DNA of 64,000 nt, from contig OZ024746.1 of NCBI GenBank assembly GCA_964016885.1, forward strand, positions 38,192,001 through 38,256,000, in the 5' to 3' direction. Positions 54,787 through 64,000 of this stretch are shown piece after piece (the first letter of the stretch is position 1; the number at the start of each line of letters is the position of its first letter). The position numbers and the translations under genes were made by a program. The stretch comes from Eledone cirrhosa (lineage: Eukaryota). The notes beneath the pieces were generated by a model. The model was given only the letters and a program-made list of their open reading frames with translations. It did no database searches and was not told the origin of the DNA.

Positions 54787-54819
<33 letters not shown>

Positions 54820-54820
54820 T
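54520..54820. repeat. (GGT)/(AGT)n trinucleotide low-complexity array
   Basis: Directly visible. Confidence 0.95.
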
Positions 54821-55052
54821 AGATATTTAATGTAGTTCGTCAGTTGTACTGGGTAATAAATGGCAGTGTTGGTGAGAGGGAGAATCGGAAGAACAGTAGA
54901 AATAATGCATTGAAATATTCGTATGAGATCCGTAGTTCATGTCCTGCCTTTATTCATTGACAATTAAATAAAGTGATAGTCAAGTACTGGAATCGATTTG
55001 AAGCCATTCCCCTTTTTAAAATTTGTCTCTAATCATAATGATTAAAAATGAT

Positions 55053-55260
55053 AAGGGCGGTGAATTGGCAGTATATGAAGTATCTTCTTTGCAGCATAGA
55101 GTTACGGCAATTTATGTTCTGAGTTCAACTCCAGCCGAGGTTAATTTTGCATTTCATCGTTACAAGTCCAATAAAATAAAGTACCAGTAACTCACTAGGG
55201 TCGATTCAATTGACTTTCCCTTTACCCAAAATAGTTAGCCTTGTGCCTAATTCAGAACCA
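55053..55260 (+). mobile_element. tRNA-derived SINE
   Basis: AAGGGCGGTGAATTGGCAG..GAGTTCAACTCCAGCCGAGG..AATAAAGTACCAG..GCCTTGTGCCTAA. Confidence 0.78.
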
Positions 55261-55435
55261 TCATAATTAGAAATGATTACTCTGAATTTTTCTGGTTGTA
55301 GATTGGCAGACAGGAGCATCAGACAAAATTCGTTGTGTTGCTTGTTTCGACTCTTTACTTTCTCTGTTCAAATCCTACAAAGTTCAACTTTGCTTTTTAA
55401 AAATATGAGATCATTAAAGTATACAAATCAAGTTA

Positions 55436-55706
55436 TCATCATCATCATCATGTTCCAGCAACTGATGCAACCAGTCGTTGGGGTGCCAGTTAGGACGCTT
55501 TGCTAGATAGTCATCACCACTTGTTCCTATTCTTCGCCATGCATAGAAGGGTCTCTGTCTTCTGACTAGTCCAGTCACTAATGTAGTCGAGCTGGGATTT
55601 TCATTGTCTGCCTCCACTTAACCTTCCCTCAGCTATGCCCTGGAGGATGGTTTTCGACAAGCAGTTGAGCTGGGATACATGACCATACCAGGCAAGCTTC
55701 CGTTTA
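55436..55706 (-). mobile_element. RTE-clade LINE 3' end with (TGA)n tail
   Basis: Minus strand: KRKLAWYGHV..LSKTILQGIAEGRLSGGRQ*K..LDYISDWT..AKNRNKW, then TGATGATGA. Confidence 0.8.
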
Positions 55707-56046
55707 GGGTGAAATTTAAAAACTATACCGCCTACGAAAAGAATTCTCGTTTTGTGTCGATGGTTAAAACATTTTTAGGACATTTAGAAGGAAGGGGGGG
55801 GGTAGCAGAATCGGTAGAGTGTCAAGAAAAATACCTTGTGTTCTGTGTTAAAATGACACCAAGATCAACTATACCTGTCATCTTTCAAGAGTCAATGAAA
55901 TAAGAAATCGGTCAAATACTAAGGTCCATATAATCGACTTTCTCTTCCTTATAACTTGCTGGCTTTGTGCCTAAATTAAAAATCATTTAGCAGGATTGAT
56001 GTGAAATCGTGTTTTGAAACCGATGTGGCTATATTTGGCAGATGGC

Positions 56047-56201
56047 CATGTTGCCAGTATTGCCAATAAAAAAATACAAGCACCATATGATTTTCAATTT
56101 TTCAATTTCTCTTTATTATTAACAAATATCTAGTATTGATTAGTGAAAAAGTGAAAATCATGTGGTATTTTTTATGTTTTTTTGGCAATGCTGGCAACAT
56201 G
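56047..56201. mobile_element. MITE-like element with ~57-bp imperfect terminal inverted repeats
   Basis: CATGTTGCCAGTATTGCCAA...CCATATGATTTTCA versus TGAAAATCATGTGG...TTGGCAATGCTGGCAACATG. Confidence 0.6.
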
Positions 56202-56659
56202 AACACCCCAAAGTATAACAAAATATTTAGTTACTTCCATTTAATCATTGTGCTAAAATCGAGCCCGACTCCACTTTACCTTTGCCTCGTATAAGGTCGA
56301 TAAAATAAGAATCATTTATGTAATGTTTTCTGCAAAGCCCCTCCCCTACGAACTCTGATACATGTAAGAATATGAGAAAACACATATGATTACTAACATA
56401 ATCAAGAAGACTCAATTTTGAGGGAGATAATGTAGTGTCGATTACATATAACTCGCCTCGGTGAATATCATAGTCCGCTGAAACATCAAAAGCAATGTAA
56501 TTGCAACTGACACTGAACTCATGAGGTAAGACTATAGTGTAAAACGTTGTAACAAGTTTATAAATCTATCAGACTGTGAGAAATCAACTATTCAATAAAG
56601 TTGCAGAATACATGTGTTGGACCTCCCATCGGTTAGAGTTATAAGAATTCGAATTGCTT

Positions 56660-56845
56660 GCTCAGTTGGAGAGCTTGCTCGTGAAATAAGGGGGTATGTA
56701 ACTGAGCATCCCAAAGAGTGACACTGTGCGACAAGGCTGGCCGTGTGAAATGTAGGTACAAGTTGTTTTTCTCAGCATAGTGAAATGCAGAAACATGAAA
56801 TTACGTGTAATTCTCAAGAACAGAATGTGCCGTCGAAATTCGTAT
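56660..56845 (-). mobile_element. Probable second SINE family, old copy
   Basis: GCTTGCTCGTGAAAT..CTGAGCA..GACAAGGCTGGCC..GAAATGTAGGTACAA resembles, from memory, an abundant octopus SINE body; only one copy here. Confidence 0.4.
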
Positions 56846-57237
56846 TTATAACCTCACGTTTTTACAGCGATTTCTAAAGAAATGAATGTATGTCACAGAA
56901 TAAAAAATATGTCGTGATCTAAGTCCTGCCATTAGTCGAATAAAAACGGTTTAGTATATCTATCAGCATCAAATGTGTAGTTTTGTGTTATTGTTTTCAT
57001 TCCTCGGCTACAATTAGAAATCAAATATATTCTTAATAAGGTACTGCTCAGACACAAATACTAATATTGTTCTCATGGTTGTTGTCATTTATCCACAAAT
57101 TAAATTTAATCGAGAGCAGACCTATTGCATTTCGACTCTGGTCATATGATTTTGGAGGGATCTAGAAGTAGAATGTTGAGTGTATATTTCCTTTTCTTTA
57201 GCTTCTAGGGGCGCCTTCTTCTCCACCCCGACCACCT

Positions 57238-57293
57238 ATTAGTAGTAGTAGTAGTAGTAGTAGTAGTGGCAGATGTAGTAGTACTAGTAGTAC

Positions 57294-57326
<33 letters not shown>

Positions 57327-57339
57327 CAGTAGCAGCAGC

Positions 57340-57392
<53 letters not shown>

Positions 57393-57481
57393 CAGAGCAG
57401 CAGCAGTAGTAGTAACAGTAGTGTTGGTGGTAGTAGTGGTAGTAGTAGTAGTAATAGTAGTAGTAGTAATAGTAGTAGTGT

Positions 57482-57516
<35 letters not shown>

Positions 57517-57547
57517 GTTGTAGTTGCGGTGGTGGTGGTGTCAGTAT

Positions 57548-57580
<33 letters not shown>

Positions 57581-58069
57581 GGAGGATGTTCATGATGCTA
57601 GTCATGTGACAGGTGATTTTGTTTCTATTAGCCCGAGTTTATTATTTTTCTCAAAGCAATAGAATGGCAAATTTCTTGAACAAATATATATTGTGTCGTG
57701 TTATCAGACAAAACATTTTGTAGCCATTATTAATGATATTACGTTGGTGGTGCTTTTGTTGTTGTTGTTGCTATTATTGTTGATGCTACTGCTACTGCAG
57801 CTGTTTTGTTGCTGCTACTGTTGTTTATATTAATATTGTTATTTATATTTTATTCTCTTTTTTTATTTTAATTGATCTTTCTATTATTATTTTATTGTTA
57901 TTTTTAGTAATAATATTAGCAGCTCTTTTATCAGCATTTTCCTTGCTATCACCACTAACACCGCCCTTCATCATCATCATCATCAGCAGAAGCAGCAGTA
58001 GAGCAGCACCATCACCACCATCACCACCATTACCACCACCATCATCATCATCATCCTCTTCCTCATCGC

Positions 58070-58159
<90 letters not shown>

Positions 58160-58193
58160 TATCACCATCATCACCATCAGCAGCAGCACCACC

Positions 58194-58227
<34 letters not shown>

Positions 58228-58229
58228 TT

Positions 58230-58263
<34 letters not shown>

Positions 58264-58273
58264 CCATCAGCAG

Positions 58274-58320
<47 letters not shown>

Positions 58321-58410
58321 TCATCATCGTCATTATATACATCGTCGCAAAACTAATCATCGTCAACTTCATTGTCGTCGTCATCGTTATCTACACCATC
58401 ATCATCATCA
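57238..58410. repeat. (AGT)n/(GGT)n array 57238-57580 and (CAT)/(CAC)/(CAG)n array 57968-58410
   Basis: Directly visible; further (CAT)n runs at ~60765-60865 and 61043-61105. Confidence 0.95.
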
Positions 58411-59494
58411 TCTCAGCAGCACCATATTTTATGAATGTCTTCTAACAATTCGGGTCATTATTTCTTGTCTATATCCTATTTATCATATCGCTAAATTAAA
58501 TGGCCTTCGATACTTCTTTTTCTTTTTCTTTTTCTTCTTTATTTTCTTCTTTTTTCTTATACTTCTTCATTTACTCCTCTGTTTATCCCACTTCATTATG
58601 TTTGCCACTATAATTTATTACAGTACTCCGTTATATAGCTGAACGACCATAACATTTCACACACCGCTCCTCTCTTAATTCAAATACTCTACTACATCAC
58701 GCTATGCCTTGTTGTTGTTCTCACTTTATATGTATGTAAAATGGCGGTGGTGTGAACGCGAATGAATATGAATGTATTTGAGAAACTCGCTTTGAAGAGT
58801 AAGCTATTGTATAAGCTGCTTGTTGCAGCCCGATAGTCGCTTTATCGTTTGTGTTTGATTTTGTTTTCAATGCGTGATATTGTTTATCTGATCTTGTGAA
58901 ATCCTCAACACCAACATTATTGATTTCTACTACTATCCTATCCTTTCTGTCTCCGCTCACTCAGCATTGCTGATTGTGCTAGGTTTTCAGCATAAACTAA
59001 CGATGTTAGGTTAGCTATTATTATTCAATGTTCGGTAAGTTTTCGATTTCTAGAAAGGAAAAATTTCACATCTCCATAGTTGTTGATGGGTGATGGGTGA
59101 AAGAAATTTCAGCCACACAGCAAAATCTGTTCTAGTCTGCACATTATCTACGAAAATGATTTGAACCTACACTTAATTTTTCAAACGCTGTCAAATACAC
59201 GAGGCATTAACAACATATAGGTTCTAGAGCGAGTAGATACCTTTCTTTATTGATTATGTATTAATTGCAGAACAATCCGTATTCTTACTTCTTTTTAAAT
59301 GTGACGTTCCTCTGTTCCTACGAATCCAGTGTAGTTAAATAATGCTTGCTTTCCCACATTTCCACATAGACACCAGTGAGAGAAATTACGTGTGGTCATA
59401 TCTACTGGTAACAAAGTCTCTCTCAAATTCCACCCTACCGTATTGAAGAAAGTTGCAAACATTGAAAGATTTAGTCTTGAAGATATGCCTAAAT

Positions 59495-59684
59495 AATTGT
59501 TTCTACTATTGGCAAAAGGCCAGCAATTTCCCCAGTGCTTTACTGGTGCTTTATTTTATCGATGACGTAAAGATGAAAGGCAAAGTTAACCTCAGGGGGA
59601 TTTGAATTCAAAACGTAAAGGGCCATAACTTTATGCTCCAAAGCATGGTGTCTGACGATCTACCAATACTGCCAATCCACCACC
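59495..59684 (-). mobile_element. tRNA-derived SINE
   Basis: Reverse complement of the consensus, full length. Confidence 0.8.
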
Positions 59685-60777
59685 ATCCAAGATGTGCCTA
59701 AATCACGCAGGAGAAAGAATATGGATGACCGCATTCGATAATGGGATCGATTAGAGAGATTTGACATGGAGTGTGGCAACAACATATACAGCAGGATAAT
59801 GTTCTTATACACATAGGCCTGGTGTGTATATTCACAAGAGCTGTGTATTTAAACACAAGAACTGTAGGAGATTGTGTATAGAGCAACACCAATCAAAAGC
59901 GTATTTAGATACGAGTTTTTTCAGTGATGACATGTAATCATTTCACTGTTCTTGGGTGATAAATAGATGATGGACAATAGTCTGAGTAACTATTTGTAAT
60001 ATTTTAGATGCAGCGGGGAATTATTTGTTGGACAAAGCAACTAATAAAAACATATACCTGAAAAAATTAATATCTGAACAGCGAAATTTAAGCACTACTC
60101 GGTAATATCTTCAGGTAACAACTGATGGAAAATATAGAAGGTCAAATTAAAAATAAAAATATGGATACGACTCTATGAAATCACAGCACGGTGTAATCTA
60201 TAATATTTACATATTGGCAATCTGCATATCATTCACACATAGCGAATGGACTTCAAATATGTAATATTTTGAGTTAAATAAGGTTTCGATTAAAGGAGAT
60301 TATCGGTTCAATTAGTAGGGGTGTTTAAAAACAAAAACGTAACAGCGAATGAAAATTTTCAGACATTGCAAATGGAGTGGAACTTGTTTATAAAACCAGT
60401 ATGCAGAAACAACCGACACGGGAAAAATATGAGCTTGTATCGGGCTGTACCCCTTAGATCGTGCGTCTGCTCAATCGGAGCTGATATAGAGAGAAAACAA
60501 AAACAATAATCTGTGAAAAAGACATTATGATCAAAGCTGGAACGCCTCTGATCATAAGTCATATTGATCAATTCTAATATGAAGGTAAATAACTGCAGCA
60601 AAAAAATCTATTTGTATTAAGGTAATCATCGTAATCACCATCATCAGTAAAAATGATACAAATCAGCACCATTGCTACAATATTATCCTGATCACATCTG
60701 CCAGCCAATTATTTCAACAGCACTAATACCAGCATCGTCGTCCTCGTCGTTGTCATCATCGTCCTGATGATGATGAT

Positions 60778-60812
<35 letters not shown>

Positions 60813-61041
60813 ACAGGAACAACTACATCATCATGATAATCATCAACAACATCATCACCATCATCATAACTATTATTTTCACTAACATCTTCAACTCCAT
60901 CTTCCTCACCTTCAACAGCACCGGATTTGCTATCACAGACATAACAATTGTCACCTTCACTACCCTTGTTTCTCGCCTTTAACTAACACCATCACCACCA
61001 AAACCTACTCGAACAATAAGAACACAAATGTCATAATTCTT

Positions 61042-61105
<64 letters not shown>

Positions 61106-61523
61106 TTCATTATCATTATCGTCATTATTAAAAAAGGTGAGGGTGGAGAGAGAAGTGCTGCCCCCCAGTACATTTGCTGAAAGGTGGATGAATGTAGCAA
61201 GAATCGCCCGTGCGAGTGTGCCTACTCTGACCATGCACCTGTAGGCTGTTTAGTTTGAGGAGAAGAGGGGGTGCCCTCCCAGTGTGCCCTAGAAGTGTCG
61301 GGGTGGTTCAGGATGGATGGGGTACCTGAATAGCCACTACGACACACACACACATACACACTATTGGGGAATTTATTTTGTTATGTTTATACATAGATTA
61401 TTTTATAATTTTTATTGCTTTGCTATTATGCATTTTTATTCCACCTTATCGTAAATCTCCACTGTCGACTACATGTCGGCCCTTGTGGCCGATAAATGAA
61501 ACCATTATTAAATGAATAATAAT

Positions 61524-61697
61524 AATTGTTTCTACTTTTGGCACAAGGACAACAATTATCCCAGTACATTACCGGTACTTTATTTATCGACCCCGTCAGG
61601 CTCAAAGGCAACGTTAACCTCGGCGTAAATGGGCGTAACTCTATGCTACAAAGCATGGCGTCCGACATTCTACCAATATTGACTATCTACCGCCCTT
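61524..61697 (-). mobile_element. tRNA-derived SINE (B-box region deleted)
   Basis: Reverse complement of the consensus. Confidence 0.78.
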
Positions 61698-61733
61698 AAA
61701 TGAATAATAATAATAATAATTATTATTATTATT

Positions 61734-62605
61734 CTTTGAGTCTCAGTCATTGATGTCATTTAACTGGAAATGAATATCAAGCCGCTACCTGCAGCTTCAG
61801 TACAATTCTGAGCATTGGCTCCCTACTGTCAGTCACGTATTTGTGAAGGTTGTTTTTTCTCTATCTGAACACAGTCCTCTATGCTGATAAGATCTCTTCC
61901 ACATTCAGATCACCTTAAGTAGAGTCTACTGACATCACTCATCTTGTGGAACATGTTGTAGATAGGGAATAGCTTCCTAGTCTTCCTATCCATGTATTTT
62001 TGTTCAGCAACACTCCATTTCAGAATTCCCCTACTGTACCTAATAATAAACACAGCTCGGGGATTCACTGCACTTATGGCATTCCTACTATGTAGATGTA
62101 ATTTTAATACGCTCCTTATTCTCCGAATGTACTCAGATCTTATCAATTCCTTCATGATTTGGTTATTGATGTCATCTGATTCCAGAACACCTAAATACTT
62201 GTATCCTTCTTCAGTGTCAATTTCCTTTATCATCACACCTGTTGGTACCTGGATTCCGTTGCTTCTGCTCAATTTACCCCTCTTCATCACTAGGACTCCA
62301 CAATTATTAATACCAAATCGCGTACATATATCATAACGAACAGTGTCAACAAGTACATCCAATTCCTTCTCACTCTTCCCAAAGAGTTTAAGATTGTCCA
62401 TTAAGAGGAGGTGATTGATGGTAAGCTCTCCCTTTCCCAACTTGTATCCTGCTCTCACTTTTCGCAGTATAATGGTCAGGAGTATCAGGGCAAGGACAAA
62501 CAACAGAGAGGACAAACTATCTCCCTGGAAGATACCTCTCTTGATCTTCACGCCTCCCAAGGATTCTCCACCCGATGTTAACTCTGTTTCCCAGGACTTT
62601 CCTCA
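61734..62605 (-). mobile_element. R4/Dong-type LINE fragment (second family), RT region, 3' end in (TAA)n
   Basis: IKRGIFQGDSLSSLLF..INHLLLMDNLKLFGK..YKYLGVLE..MDRKTRK..DVSRLYL. Confidence 0.85.
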
Positions 62606-62613
62606 GAGTCACA

Positions 62614-64000
62614 CCTTCCTCACAAACTAACACCTCACACCGACACCATCATTGTAAATATTACTACGTTTGCCAACACTAAAAATATAAGCAGTAGCAA
62701 TATTTTTAATTTGTCTCAGCCAGACATTCATTTCCCGCCATTACCAATGACTGCAGGTGTTAAAGCCCCCCCCCCCCCACCACCACCACCACCACCACCA
62801 CCACCACCACCACAGCGTCAAGCCCCGCCACCACCACCACAGCGATAACAGAAGCAAAAGAAAAAAATAAATTAACTCGTGATATCGAAATGAATTAAAC
62901 CAAAATGAACTCTTCCATATCGAACACCACTGATGCCACCACCACCACAACTGAAACTAAGATTAACAATAACAAAAATAACGATAACAACAACAGCAAC
63001 AATGAAATTAAGAAAACTACCCTGAGTTTTGCCAGAGTAGCAAAAACGTACGAAGCGATCCAGGTAACTCAGGAGGAATTAGAAGAAGCCAAAAGAATGG
63101 TAAAGAAAGATGGGTACAGGGTCAGCCCCCCCCCCCCCCCACACACACACACCTAATACATTGTCTTATCGGACAATTAACATTAAATCGCGGCGAGTGG
63201 AACGGGAATCCGAGTCCCAAATCCAAAAATGTTTGGGACATGTGTGGGCAAGAAAACCCCACATCAAACTTGGGCAGAAATATGGAACCGTGGACGTGTT
63301 TTTGAAACACCACAGAAGGCCAGAAAACACTCCATGGCCCCATTAAGAAGTGACGACTTCACACTCGTCCCAAGCTATTGTGGCCAGAGACTTGTGAAGA
63401 TCAGGGTCACCCACGTTCCACCGGCCATCGAAATTCCTTGGCTAATAGCGGCCGTCCTCGCCGGCATTGAAGCCAACACAAAGATAATAGCAATAGCGAA
63501 AGAAAAGCAGGAGAACTGGGCCGCATCTGGGATGGAGCTCCTGATCCAAGCGGACCAAAAAAGCAATGAGGAGATCCCAGAGGTAATAGACCTCACTGAC
63601 GGTAGCCACCTCACTGACGGTAGCCACCTCACCGTAATCGTCGAGGGCAGAAGGCCTAGGTGTGTCGTTTGTGGTGAAGGAACCCACCTAAGGACTTTCT
63701 GTCTCAGGCTAAAAAGTTGAGGCCACCTCTCTTACCCGCCCCAGTGACTCAACCATCAACACCACCAGCAGCAGAAATAGCAGCAACAACCGTAGCAGCA
63801 ACAACAGAAGCAACTGTAACAGCAACAACCCCTGCAACAGTAGCAAAACCAACACCACCACCACCCAACGCGCCAGAACTAGCACCAGCGCCTACATCAT
63901 GCACCACGCCACAATCAAAACCAACGCCTGTGGAGCATTTTCCACTGCCCGGCTTATCGCAACTGGAGACAGATTGTGACGACGAGGAGTGGGAAACGGT
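62614..64000 (+). mobile_element. Second copy of the L1/Tx1-type LINE, ORF1 region; lacks first ~245 nt and runs off the window
   Basis: Collinear with 12446-~13828 (KMVKKDGYRVS, IEIPWLIAAVLAGIEANTK, CVVCGEGTHL); has a private 18-bp duplication (LTDGSH x2). Confidence 0.92.

Noticed and set aside
54081-58384. Long poly-Ser/Thr/Leu/Met ORFs (54081-54830, 57198-57605, 57895-58384)
   Set aside because: Stop-free frames of trinucleotide arrays with no domain evidence.
59710-60585. Exon-like segments at ~59710-59870 and ~60363-60583
   Set aside because: In-frame stops in the plausible frames and no identifiable homology.

Overview
AT-rich, microsatellite-dense animal DNA; the repeat content resembles octopus/cephalopod, which is an inference. 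No host gene can be called with confidence, and the window is mostly transposon-derived. It holds a decayed Helitron (~0.5-4.7 kb), a near full-length L1/Tx1-type LINE in (TTA)n plus a second partial copy at the right edge, two R4/Dong-type REL-LINEs in (TAA)n, RTE relics and about 14 copies of a tRNA-derived SINE. It also holds at least two coding families of Penelope-like elements (PLEs, RT + GIY-YIG) inserted in (TA)n. The most striking signal is a set of fold-back PLE insertions, from a 1560-bp-arm inverted repeat down to 46-119-bp-arm non-coding mini-elements. They share an 'inverted arm + direct arm + unpaired tail' layout, and their terminal repeats carry about a dozen type I hammerhead ribozyme motifs, several with a non-canonical CAGANGA core. 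Coordinates were read by eye and may be off by a few nt.
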